From Elsinoe ampelina (taxonomy: Eukaryota), in contig ML992502.1 of assembly GCA_010093995.1 (NCBI GenBank), positions 124,001 to 188,000 on the forward strand: a stretch of 64,000 bases of DNA. The letters run 5' to 3'. This document shows, in pieces, positions 36,618 to 47,437 of this stretch. The first letter of the stretch is position 1; the number at the start of each line of letters is the position of its first letter. Below the pieces are notes generated by a model that saw only the letters and a program-made list of their open reading frames with translations, ran no database searches and had not been told where the DNA came from. A program made the translations under genes and the position numbers.

Positions 36618-39600
36618 ATGCCGGACATTGATGGCGCCCACAATGCCGACGAGCAACGAGTCGTCAAACGAGCGAGAAGAGACGTCGATCATTCTGTCAC
36701 GTTGAAGTCACGCAAACAGCCCGGAAGTTCACGTCTTTTCGTCCCATACAGAACAGTTGGACTCGTTTCACCTAGTCACGTTCCCTTTACCAGTATCGGG
36801 CTAGGAAAGACTACTTTTCAAATTACAACATCTGTCGGGAACGCATTGCAAACGTACGACCTACGACGAGGTCTGAACTTGGTTTTCATCACGAGGCCCC
36901 AGACTCCTGGCCCGATCACCGCCACGTTAGCATGGAAGGATCGTGTCTTTGCTGCATACGGAGGCCAAAGTCCGGGCATCGCCATTTTCAAGCGAGGAAA
37001 GGTCGTGGACGAGCTCGAAGTACCTGCTGATCATACTGAGGAGATCTCAGCCTTTCGAATCTTTGGCTCTTGGATCATAGCTGTCTGTTCAACCAGTGTG
37101 CTCGTTTGGAAACTTGCTTCTCTCGAGCACTATACAACCATCCAATGTATGCCTGGCTCTGTGTACACCGGCGCTATTGCAACTGTACCTACTCTGCTCA
37201 ACAAGGTCCTGCTCGGAAAGGACGACGGCAGCGTGGAGATTTGGAATGTGGCGAGCGGGAAGCTGATCTATACCATTCTACCCGAATCTGCAGACACAGG
37301 GGCTGTTACTGCCCTTGAGCCGGCACCTGCGCTGGGACTGGTAGCATTTGGATACAAGGACGGCAGTGTAGTCATCCACGATGTCTGCTCAGACCAAAGG
37401 ATCATGTCAATTTTCGCAGGCAGTGACTCAAAGGGCACATATCCAATCACAAGTATTGCATTCCGTACAGATGGTCTCGGAGCCGGAGATGATGGTAGAA
37501 CTCCCGGTGTGATGGCCACCGCGTCCATCAGATCAGGCGACATTACCATGTGGGATCTCAATGGAGGTGGACGCAAGGCTGGTGTTCTTCGGGGTGCTCA
37601 TGCTCGCCCCACGAGTTCAACGCCAGGCGGTGTGGGCAAGATCGAATTCCTACCCGGTCAAGCCGTACTAGTATCAAGCGGTCTCGACAATCACCTCAAT
37701 ACTTGGATTTTTGACGAAACCCCTTTCTCTCCAACACCTCGCATGCTCCATTCCCGGGGCGGTCACGGCGCTCCTGTCTCGAAGCTCCATTTCCTCCCTT
37801 CTGCCTCTGACGGCTCTGACATGAGCGGCAAATGGCTCCTCGCATCTAGCCACGACCGCAGCCTCTGGGGCTGGTCCCTGCGTCGAGATGGTCAAAGTAG
37901 CGAGCTCTCTCAGGGTGCAGTCAAGAAGAAAGCACGAAAATCCGGTATCATGTCCTCGGAGGGTCGTGACTCGATCGAAGCACTGAAAGCCCCACCCATC
38001 ACCAGCATTGCATGCAGCCTGAATCGTGACGGCGGCATAGGCGCTGTACCTGGCAAGCAACCTGTCTGGCAGGCCCCCGGATCCTCCAAGACACAACAGC
38101 GAGACGCTGAGAGTAGCGGCATGACAGGTTGGGAGAGCGTCCTGACAGCACACGAAAACGACAGCAAAGCCCGGACGTGGTTCTGGGGGCGCAAGCGAGC
38201 GGGGCGGTGGGCATTTGAGACCAGCGACAAGAGCAATGTCACCAGCGTGGCCATCTCGCCATGTGGGACATTCGCAGTCGTAGGGTCTGCGACCGGTGGG
38301 ATTGATGTGTTCAATCTGCAGTCGGGTTTGCATCGACAAAGGTTCCCGCCGCGGTTGACACCTCGGCAGGCCAAAACCTTGAAGCTGAAACTGTTGCAAG
38401 AAGGGCAGTCGATCGACCTGGACACCGAGCCGGGGCAGCAGAAGTTTTATCGCGGTCAGGGACGGCATTCAGCGCCGGTGACTGGAGTGGTCGTGGACAA
38501 TCTCAACCAGGTACTCATCTCTGCCGACAGCACTGGGACGTTGAAATACTGGAACTTTCGGGATGGCTCGCTTTTGCATTCGCACAACTATCCTAGTATC
38601 ACCGCTCTGGCTTTCCATCGACCTTCAGAGCTCCTTGCTTTGACATGTTCTGATGGTGCAATTCGCATTCTCGATATTACCACCAGGAAGCTCGTTCGTG
38701 AGCTCCGTGTATCTAAAGTCTCCAGCAATCCACTAGCGGCTGCCTCATGGAGCGATACCACTTTCTCCCCAGATGGCCGATGGCTAGTAGCAAGCGCAGA
38801 CACATTCGTCTGCGCCTGGGACCTTCCCACCGGACACCTCGTCGATCTCTTCCGCCTTCCTTCCCCAGCCACAGCCCTCGCCTTCTCACCCACCGGTGGA
38901 TACCTCGCCACAGCCACCACCTCCTCCGTCGGCGTCGACATTTGGTCCAACCTCACGCTCTACACCCACGTCCCCACTCGCCACCTCGGCGAATCGGACA
39001 TTACCACCATCCTCTCCTCCGCGGCCACCCAAGTCCCCACCGCAGCTGGCTCCACAGACCCTCTCTCCCTCACCAACCCCTCTTCAAGCGCCGAAGACTC
39101 AGACCTCGACCTCGACCTCACCACCCCCATAGACCCAGCAGACGAACTCTCCACCCTCTCCTCCTCCCTCTTAACCCTCTCCCTCCTCCCGCGCTCTCGC
39201 ACCCAAAACCTGCTCTACCTCGACACCCTCCGCGCGCGCAACAAACCCATCGCCCCGCCCAAGAAACCCGAGAAAGTACCCTTCTTCCTCCCTAGCACAA
39301 CTGGCCCCGCGACTTTACCGGCCGCAGAGCAGAAAGCTGCCGATGAAGCCCGTGATGCAGCAGAGGTAGAGAAGGAGAGGAGCAGGATTATGAAGATGGA
39401 TAGGTCCGCGGGGAGAGGGGAGGGGACGAGGGTTCTGGCTGTTGCGTCGAAGGGTGATGCGGAGGGGTGGAGAGGGTTGGTGGAGTACTTCAAGACGCTG
39501 TCGCCTGCGGCTGCGGACGTGGAGATTCGGAGCTTGAGTACTGGTGGTTTAGGAGGGGTTAATGAGGCGGCGGTGTTTGTTGAGGCGTTGTGCTGGTTGT

Positions 39601-39806
39601 TGCGGGAGAGGCGGGATTTCGAGATCGGACAGGTGTGGATGAATGTGTTCTTGCGGGTGCATGGTGAGTTGGTGGTGGGGAACGAGGAGGTGAGGAAGGG
39701 AGTGGAGGAGTGGAGACGGTTGGTGGGAGAAGAGAAGGAGAGGGTGGGGAGGTTGGTGGAATACTGTGCTGGTATGGTGGGGTTTTTGAGGGCCGGGAGG
39801 GTTTAG
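36618..39806 (+). CDS. UTP21: U3 snoRNP / SSU processome WD40 protein Utp21
   Basis: 1062-aa WD-repeat ORF with an N-terminal SRLFVPYRTVGLVS..VPF and a C-terminal RNKPIAPPKKPEKVPFFLPS, LSPAAADVEIRSL, RRDFEIGQVWMNVFL. Confidence 0.92.
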   Translation: MPDIDGAHNADEQRVVKRARRDVDHSVTLKSRKQPGSSRLFVPYRTVGLVSPSHVPFTSIGLGKTTFQITTSVGNALQTYDLRRGLNLVFITRPQTPGPITATLAWKDRVFAAYGGQSPGIAIFKRGKVVDELEVPADHTEEISAFRIFGSWIIAVCSTSVLVWKLASLEHYTTIQCMPGSVYTGAIATVPTLLNKVLLGKDDGSVEIWNVASGKLIYTILPESADTGAVTALEPAPALGLVAFGYKDGSVVIHDVCSDQRIMSIFAGSDSKGTYPITSIAFRTDGLGAGDDGRTPGVMATASIRSGDITMWDLNGGGRKAGVLRGAHARPTSSTPGGVGKIEFLPGQAVLVSSGLDNHLNTWIFDETPFSPTPRMLHSRGGHGAPVSKLHFLPSASDGSDMSGKWLLASSHDRSLWGWSLRRDGQSSELSQGAVKKKARKSGIMSSEGRDSIEALKAPPITSIACSLNRDGGIGAVPGKQPVWQAPGSSKTQQRDAESSGMTGWESVLTAHENDSKARTWFWGRKRAGRWAFETSDKSNVTSVAISPCGTFAVVGSATGGIDVFNLQSGLHRQRFPPRLTPRQAKTLKLKLLQEGQSIDLDTEPGQQKFYRGQGRHSAPVTGVVVDNLNQVLISADSTGTLKYWNFRDGSLLHSHNYPSITALAFHRPSELLALTCSDGAIRILDITTRKLVRELRVSKVSSNPLAAASWSDTTFSPDGRWLVASADTFVCAWDLPTGHLVDLFRLPSPATALAFSPTGGYLATATTSSVGVDIWSNLTLYTHVPTRHLGESDITTILSSAATQVPTAAGSTDPLSLTNPSSSAEDSDLDLDLTTPIDPADELSTLSSSLLTLSLLPRSRTQNLLYLDTLRARNKPIAPPKKPEKVPFFLPSTTGPATLPAAEQKAADEARDAAEVEKERSRIMKMDRSAGRGEGTRVLAVASKGDAEGWRGLVEYFKTLSPAAADVEIRSLSTGGLGGVNEAAVFVEALCWLLRERRDFEIGQVWMNVFLRVHGELVVGNEEVRKGVEEWRRLVGEEKERVGRLVEYCAGMVGFLRAGRV

Positions 39807-41026
39807 TGGAGGAGTTGGAGGACTTTGAGAAGGTCGGAGGTGACGCCCATGGCGGTGACTTCGCCGCCGGCACTGTGAATGTTAGATAACTGGCAATTCA
39901 GATAGAAGGGGTGAACTTGCCCTGCACCCTGAATGATCAAAGGGTTTGCTCCATATCTCTTGGTGTAGAAGTTGATGATGTTATCACTCCCTTTGAGCGC
40001 CGCGATAGGGTGACTGGCATCAAACTTCTCAAGCCCAACCTTGACATCCCCCTTCTGCACATCAATGCTCCCAACGAACCTCACCACCTTCCCCTCCGCA
40101 GCAGCCTCCGACTTCAACTTCTCCATCCTATCATCAAACTCCCCCAACCTCTCCACAAACTCGTCCCCAGACTTACACCCCTCCAACTCCTTCGGAATCA
40201 AGCTCTGCACGTCGAAACTCGTCGGACTCTCCACCTTCAACCCGGCCAACCTCGCCAGAATGGTCAACTTCCTCGCCACATCCAACCCATTCAAATCATC
40301 CCTCGGATCCGGCTCCGTGTACCCCAACTCTTTCGCCTTCTTGACTTCCGCGGCGAACTTACCCCCACCACCCCCGACAGGCATGAAACTATTGAACAAG
40401 AAACTCATCGTGCCACTGAAGACGCCTTCGATGCGCGTGACTTCGTCGCCGGTCTGCACGAGATCTTTCAGGGAGGAAAGCACAGGCAATCCTGCTCCGA
40501 CGGTGGATTCGTGGAAGACATACCCTCCTCTTCCGGTGCCGTTGGATGCTGCGGCGAATATATCCTGCCACAGCCCGAGGGAAGAGGAGAAGCCCTTTTT
40601 GTTCGGCGTGACGATGCTGATTCCTCGGGAGAGAAACTGGGGGTAGGACGAAGCGAGGTCTTCGGACGAGGTGTTGTCCACGAGGACGACTTTCTCGGGA
40701 GCGGTGGCGAGGTACTCGAGGAGTTCGTTGGTGGGGAGCACGGGTTGGGTGGACGAGGACAGGGCGTCGGACCAGGAGCTCATGGAGAGAGGCCGGTAGT
40801 TCTCGGAGAGGAGCATCTTTTTAGAGCGGGCGAGGAGGATGAGCGTGAGGTAGATGGGGGCGGGGGCTTGGGAGAGGCGCGAGCTGAGGGATTGGAGTTG
40901 GGTGAGGAAGCTGGTTCCTACGCCGCCGACGCCTGGGAGGGGGTTAGGGAGGGGTATAGCTGGCGAAGGGGAGGATGATTGGGACTTACCGATGACGGCT
41001 ATGAAGATTTGACGTGGAGCTGGCAT
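39803..41026 (-). CDS. HOM6: Homoserine dehydrogenase; introns 40933-40989 (GT-AG) and 39873-39920 (GC-AG)
   Basis: Splicing gives IAVIGVGGVG and IIQGAGAGGEVTAMGV. Also TPNKK, ESTVGAGLP, GYTEPDPRDDLNGLDVARK. Confidence 0.95.
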   Translation of the reverse strand: MPAPRQIFIAVIGKSQSSSPSPAIPLPNPLPGVGGVGTSFLTQLQSLSSRLSQAPAPIYLTLILLARSKKMLLSENYRPLSMSSWSDALSSSTQPVLPTNELLEYLATAPEKVVLVDNTSSEDLASSYPQFLSRGISIVTPNKKGFSSSLGLWQDIFAAASNGTGRGGYVFHESTVGAGLPVLSSLKDLVQTGDEVTRIEGVFSGTMSFLFNSFMPVGGGGGKFAAEVKKAKELGYTEPDPRDDLNGLDVARKLTILARLAGLKVESPTSFDVQSLIPKELEGCKSGDEFVERLGEFDDRMEKLKSEAAAEGKVVRFVGSIDVQKGDVKVGLEKFDASHPIAALKGSDNIINFYTKRYGANPLIIQGAGQVHPFYLNCQLSNIHSAGGEVTAMGVTSDLLKVLQLLH

Positions 41027-41627
41027 GGTGATTGGTTTGTGACTGTGCTGCGATGGTTCGGAGTGGATTGAGTGTAATGGGAGAAGTCAATGGCGTTTAT
41101 ATAACAGTTCGTGGTGAGCTATGCCCCCGTCTTTAAAATTCATCGCGGGGCAGCGTGTCCGGCGGCGGCGTCGTCGGGCGATGTCGGCCATGTCACTGCG
41201 GGGCAAGCATATAACCGTGGCCAAAAGTCCTCGATGCTTCATCATTGATCTTCACGGCATCGTCATGATGGACATTCAAGCTTCTCTGAACCACTGGGGA
41301 AGGGCTTGATGCACATGCAAGTACTTCAGCAATCCCTGTCATGCGATAATACTCGGATCTGATCTGATCTGATCTGGCTGCTGGAGGGGTCTTCGGATCG
41401 AGCATCCTCTGGCTTCACACTTGGTTCACTGCTCTCTGAGCCACAGGTCTAGATGAGCCACAGCTCGTCAACTTCTCAGACGGACTTTAAGTCCTACCAG
41501 CGACAGCCAGTCACGACCTAACACGGGTGGGAGAGTTCATAGACTCGGGCAACGTCTCAATATTTTCTTGCTCTGGCATCGCCTCTGCATCATCTCGGAG
41601 CCTTCATTCCCTCCGTCTCCCACCAAA

Positions 41628-42629
41628 ATGTCCTCCAAAGACAACCACCTCTACCACGTCCCGCACTCCAAGAAACAAAAGACCACCCACGACACCTCCT
41701 CCAGCCTAGCCTTCACCTCACAACTCTCCTCCCTCATCTCCACGGCCAAGACCTCCTCCCGCCCCACCACCGGTCGCTCTCACAAGAAGAAAGACGACAT
41801 CTTCGCCTCCCACAACCGCAACAGCGCAAAGCGGGCAAAGAAGGACCTCGAAAATAATGGTGCCCTGACAACTCGCCAGGACAGTGAGGCAGTGGACAGT
41901 GCCGCGTGGGCACGAAGTAAGCGGAAGATGGAGGAGAAGGCGCGGCTGTACGCTGCCATGAAGCGGGGCGACGTGGAGGACGACGATGGAAAGTTGATGG
42001 TAGACTTCGATTCGAAGTGGGCAGCCGAACAAGAGAAGAATGGCGACAACAGATGGGACAACGAGTCTTCGGAAGGTTCAGAGGAGGACGACGAGGTGAT
42101 CGAGTGGGAGGACGAGTTCGGCCGGACGCGCAAGGGCAAGAAGAGTGAGATGATGAAGCAACAAAGACGGAAAGCACTAGAAGCGGAGATCGCAGAGCGG
42201 AAGAGACCTGTGGCGCCTGACAAGGTCATCTGGGGAGATACGGTGCAGGCGGATGCTTTCAACCCAGACAGGGACATACAGGATAAGATGGATGAGTTGG
42301 CGAGGAAGAGGGATAAGAGCTTGACGCCGCCGCCGGACGAGCACTTTGACTCTAACAAGGAGGTGCGGAGTAAAGGTGTGGGATTCATGCAATTCAGTAT
42401 GGATGCCGAGGAGAGGAAGAAGCAGATGGAAGGCTTGGAGAAGGAGAGGGAGGAGACGGAGAGGAAGAGGATGGAGAGGGACGAAGTGATGGATGAGAGA
42501 AGGAGGAAGCTGGAAGAGAGGAAGAGGTTGATCGAGGAGAAGAGGGGTAAGAGGAGAGCTGACGACTTCTTGAATAATTTGGGCGAGGAGATGGCAAATG
42601 AGGTTGGCAGCGGAGTAATGAATAGATGA
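41628..42629 (+). CDS. CCDC174/DUF4078-like coiled-coil protein
   Basis: SKRKMEEKARLYAAMKRG, LMVDFDSKW, EWEDEFGRTR, HFDSNKEVRSKGVGFMQFS and a charged C-terminal coiled coil. ATG at 41628. Confidence 0.75.
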   Translation: MSSKDNHLYHVPHSKKQKTTHDTSSSLAFTSQLSSLISTAKTSSRPTTGRSHKKKDDIFASHNRNSAKRAKKDLENNGALTTRQDSEAVDSAAWARSKRKMEEKARLYAAMKRGDVEDDDGKLMVDFDSKWAAEQEKNGDNRWDNESSEGSEEDDEVIEWEDEFGRTRKGKKSEMMKQQRRKALEAEIAERKRPVAPDKVIWGDTVQADAFNPDRDIQDKMDELARKRDKSLTPPPDEHFDSNKEVRSKGVGFMQFSMDAEERKKQMEGLEKEREETERKRMERDEVMDERRRKLEERKRLIEEKRGKRRADDFLNNLGEEMANEVGSGVMNR

Positions 42630-43161
42630 GAGGGAGCGAAAGTGGCCGAGGAGACGTGACACGTCCGCAAGATGTTCAGGTGAGGAAACTATGCTTCATT
42701 GTTCCATACTTCTTCACCATTCCAGACACTCCAGTGGTGGTGAGAACGAACACCGCCTCCGAGAAGAACTACCAGGATCTTGTGGCCTGCAGTGATAAGT
42801 GTCAAGCACAACGAGGACTGGGGTCCGCTGAGTGTCATACTGCGTCTGAAATGGTGCATGATCTGAGCACAACGAGCATCAGTGGCGGAGAACGTTGGCC
42901 TGGTATGCGCTCTTTGGGTGCAGAGTACCCCTCTGCCTACTTCAGGGGCTTTTCGCTCTGCCTCGCTGCCAGCTCATTGCTGTGCTCTTCTTCCTGCCAT
43001 TGTTGGAGTATATGGCTGTGCCGCTCCTTCGGAACAGCTATGCCCTGCAAGCCCTTGGAGGCATTTCCATCGAGGCAGCTAGCACGATTTGGTGAGCGAC
43101 ACGACGAATATGGCTCGTGGCTTGGGAGTCTCGTTCGAACCCACAGTATATATACAACCTA

Positions 43162-44381
43162 CTATGCCTCGGGCTTCCTATCAATCCAATCCGTATTCCC
43201 AAACTTGCCGGTGAAGGGATACTGGAACACCTTCTCCAACGAGCTATACGGCTCATACTGGTTGTCATCAAACACCTTTGTGACATTCGCCGCCAATCTT
43301 CCAGTGAGATTGAACCCCGGTCCAAAGTCCTTGTACTCGGCCATCGTGGTATCTATCACTGTCAGTCCCTCATTCCATCACTCATATATATCACCAAGTA
43401 CTCACTAATCCCATACCTCGGATCCGTCGCGCTCCAAATAATATACCCACTATCCCTGACACTATCATCCAACTCGCACCTCGCGAAAATACTCCTATGC
43501 AACGCATTCCACGGCCTCCCCAACGCACACTGCTTGGCGACACTCAACGTCGCATTCTCCTTGCGCACACTGCTATCATGGATATACACCCCGTACTTGT
43601 TCTCAAACGTGGTATTCGAGCCCTTCCACGCCGTGATTCCGCCCCCGCAGCCGCGGAGCACCACGTCGCTGCTCTGCACCCACAGCGTGCCGAAACCGTA
43701 GAAAAAATCCGTCTGCCCCGCGATGACCGAGTGGTACATGTAGCTGTTGCCGAGCTTGCCGACGTAGACCGTGTCTTGGTACGAGTAGAAGCCGCAGTAG
43801 TAGAAGCCCGCGTTGGCGTAGCTGACGGAGAGGGCGAGGGCGGGCCCGGCGCTGTAGGGCCGGTACACGTTGCGGAAGTCGATGTTGTAGGCGCGGAAGT
43901 TTGTGTTGCCGAAGGGGGTGTCGGCGGGGACGGGGTTGCCTTGCGGGCCGGCGCCGGTGGCGCTGGAGTTGAGGGTGGGCGCGATGGTGAGGGTGGAGGT
44001 GTAGAGGTTGTCGTAGGTGCCGGTTGTGGCGGTGCCGGTGGCGTTGGACCAGATGATGTTGACGGTGTTTAGGGTGGCGATGTTGGGGTGGCGGGTTTGG
44101 CCCAGTAGGGTGATGGGGCCGGGGCGGGTGACATTGAGTTGCTCGGTGTAGTTGCCGGGGGCGATGAGGATGGTGTAGGGGACGGTGTTGTTGGGGAGGG
44201 AGAGAATGGCGGATTGGACGGTGGTGAACTTGGAGGAGGGACCGACGAGGATGGTGCCTTTGGGGCAGCCGGAGAGTGGATCGCGAGTGGGGAGTTGACA
44301 GGCGCGGCGAGAGTAGGCGGCGGTGGGTTCGAGGAGGGTGAGGGTAGCCAATGCAGTGGCAAACAAGTGAGAGGACACCAT
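43162..44381 (-). CDS. Secreted pectinesterase (carbohydrate esterase family 8); intron ~43353-43405
   Basis: Signal-peptide-like N-terminus, PGNYTEQL, ALAL, YSYQDTVY, GQTDFFYGFG, LGRPW, AEYKDFGPG. Confidence 0.9.
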
Positions 44382-45124
44382 GGTTGTCAGTATGTCCCTC
44401 TCAGGATATGGTACAGTAAGTCGTGAATCAAGCTCTTCCAAGAGTGCGAATGAGGAGCTTATAGCAGTTTGACATGGACGGCCCTACAGTACCTGCTTGT
44501 ATCAAACTTACCGACCATCAGGTCACGGAAAATCTAGTCGACGACTGGAACTTCGGCACGCGTATAGCAGGGCCAGTAGTGCAATTTCGGCAGCGCTGGC
44601 CAGGGACAAAGGTCGGGGCATCATGGTGGTGACCGTGGTGGAGAAGCGGAGGAGAGGCGAATGTGTGGAAAAGGCGACAAAACATCCACCAATGAGCGCC
44701 AAGCATCTCGTGATCTGCCTTTTGGAGCATAATCTCGTTTAGACCGAGCGTCACCGAGTCACCGACAAGAAAATGACAGGGTCTCTTGATGACGCTGTAG
44801 CCCGGATCAAAGTCTAGATGGATGTAAAATCATCTGTACGAGTGGGGTATCTACAGTGTGCTGCCTGTTTGTCCCATACCATTTGCTTCCTGCGAAGCTG
44901 TCCTTGAACCTCACTTTTTTGCCCTAGCCAACACTGGTAGTTCATACCCTACAATTCACCCCTTCGACCCACAACAATTTTATATCCTACATGTCACAAA
45001 AGTCGCCCTGTGCTCTAAATGCCCTGACCCTGATTGCTAACGAATACAATGATACACTTTGAAACCCGAGGAACTTGAGGATATCGAATCATGACGTCGT
45101 GGCGAAAGCTCTGTCGTCCAGCGA

Positions 45125-45709
45125 TCAGACAATTGTTGACATGCGATTCTTCTTCTTTGTGCTGCCCCAACGACCTAGCATCATCATGCTGCCTCTCCGG
45201 CCAAAAGTCGAGCTGTCGCTTGACTCCTTCTTCTGCAGGGCTGGCTTGGTAGTCCGCTTGATCGAGGCCTTGCGACTGGGAATTTCATCCGGGACCGCGG
45301 TCGTGATGTACGCGTCGATACGTCTGTTCATCATTTGGTTGCGCTCTGCCCGCTCGTTGTCTGCTCGCTCCGTCGAGTCCTGGCTGCTTGATCGTGACGT
45401 GATGGCAGAGAATGTGGAGATGCTGTTTGTCCTTCCCCGGACGAGCGAATCCATGGATGCGACAGTCGAGTCGCTTCGTCGTCGGGCCTCGGAGAAGTCG
45501 TTACCTCCGAATAATTTGTGTGTAGCGACATTGATGTCTGTCGTGTCGGTCCCACACCAAGGGCAGTCTTGTACCCTCGTCTCCCATCCTTCTAACCGGA
45601 CCTTATTGGAGCAGTTGGATAGGTTGGTCGATTCTGAGCAAGGGCGGACCAGTGTGTACCATCTATGCGAGCATGGTTGAAGCGTTACATTGAGGTTTGC
45701 GACACACAT
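45125..45709 (-). CDS. Hypothetical protein with N-terminal Cys/His cluster and Ser/Arg-rich tail
   Basis: MCVANLNVTLQPCSHRWYTLVRPC...C...LEGWETRVQDCPWC; single clean ORF. An alternative in-frame start at 45748 is possible. Confidence 0.65.
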   Translation of the reverse strand: MCVANLNVTLQPCSHRWYTLVRPCSESTNLSNCSNKVRLEGWETRVQDCPWCGTDTTDINVATHKLFGGNDFSEARRRSDSTVASMDSLVRGRTNSISTFSAITSRSSSQDSTERADNERAERNQMMNRRIDAYITTAVPDEIPSRKASIKRTTKPALQKKESSDSSTFGRRGSMMMLGRWGSTKKKNRMSTIV

Positions 45710-47437
45710 GTTGCTGGTGATTGTGGTTTGTGGTAGGTTATGGATCAAAAAAGCCCTGAAAGACGAGCAGGGGGAATGTCAAATGATAAAACCTTCAGCT
45801 GTCAACCCAGGTCATCCAAAAAGACCAAAGACGCCCCCAATCTGCCGTGGCGATCAGTACATCAAAATCCCGTCAGACGACAGGGGGTTTCTGTCGGTGC
45901 TGCAGCTCTTGTGGAATCGTCAGAGGTGAGTGGCTGTGCGCCTCGTGCCAACTTCAGATCTTTTTGGCTTTTGGGACACGCGGGGTAGGGGGCGGGAGAA
46001 TCTGCGAGATCCGATTTGCTGCACAAAGTGGAAGACAGAGAACTGCCTGTTTGCGAACCGTGGCTTGCTTTTGATCTGCTCCTCCTTCGGTCCTTCGGTC
46101 CTTCCTGCATGTCCAGCTGTCAATTCGACTTGCTTTTGTATCGTTTGTCTCGACTGGTGACCCCGCATTTGACCCATGTGCCTTTGTCTTTGGTCACAGG
46201 TCAGGTGAGCTGGCCTGGTAGTCTAGATTCTTTGTTCGGTATCCGCCGTATCGCTTGTCGCTTCTGGCTGGATTATCAAGACATCCAAGACACGGACAGT
46301 GGAGTTGCTTGTCGGGCTTGGTGCTCATACCATCCAATGAGCATTATACAGGCGATAGCTGCCTGACATTTGCTTCCTGGGCGCAGGATGCTAGCCCTGA
46401 GAGAGGCTTGCCCCTAGTGCAAGGACGGCAAGACGGACCACACCGGCTTGTGGATCCCTTTGTCTGAGATGACTGGCCCTGGGTTGGTGGAGCCGGTCTG
46501 CAGATTGGCAGCTCGCCATCGCCAGAGAGGTTCATGCAGCGACGTGGCTGTTCTGCCTGTCCAGACCGACAGAGCTGCATATGGAAAGATGGGCGATATT
46601 CCTTTTGCCGTATCGCCTCCTTAACCCATTAGGAGTACATTCCGAGAATCCGACCATATCTTGGTAGTACCTGGCCCTAATGACAGCCGCCTGATCAGCC
46701 CTGCTGAAACACATTTCTGAAGCCCATGAGTCGTTGACATGTGAAAACCCAGCGTCATGCTTACCATTCTGGGTCGCACAATCTCAAGCAAGGTTGCTTG
46801 TGGCCATGCGAAGTCTTGGTATCATCTCCTTTGGGCTGAAAATAGATGCCAAATTCACATTGCGATAGGAACCGTTCGGAGAGCACAACCATCCCGTCGC
46901 AACACGACCTCGGACCTCGTTGCTGTTTCCGAGGTGGAGGTTTTTTCCAAGCACGTGGCAGAAGCAGACGACCTCGTCATTCCCCAACATCACTTGCGGT
47001 GTGGTAGTACGCATGGCGGTTGAGATTAAGGAACAACCTCAACAGCACTGCAGCCATCCATCAAACGTCGATCTCTTGCAGCTCTATCCTCCTCGGACGC
47101 ATGATGTGTTGTCAACCTGCAACCTGCAACTCGTCCCGTTGCGTCGTCGTAAGCTTTGTCGTGCAAAAGATAATGGTGCATTTGGACTCTGCAGCACATA
47201 GTCAGGCGGTGAAGACGAATGCAGTGTTGCGTCCCGTCCGCGCTGACTGGGCTATTGGCTGCTGGAGCACTGAGGTCGAGAAACTACCAGGCAGCTTCGG
47301 GATACATTCCAACAGGACTCGACTTACGGACCACTGAGTGTGCTCGACCTGCGCATCCACACTCGCTGCGGTAGGGCAGGGCTCGTTTGGAGTGACATTG
47401 ACAGTAGAGACATTCACAACGATATACACCCCTCTCC

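Noticed and set aside
42626..43408. 260-aa + strand ORF, and possible read-through of the pectinesterase stop
   Set aside because: The ORF overlaps the CE8 last exon antisense and has no recognisable motifs. The CE8 gene ends in a double TAG TAG.
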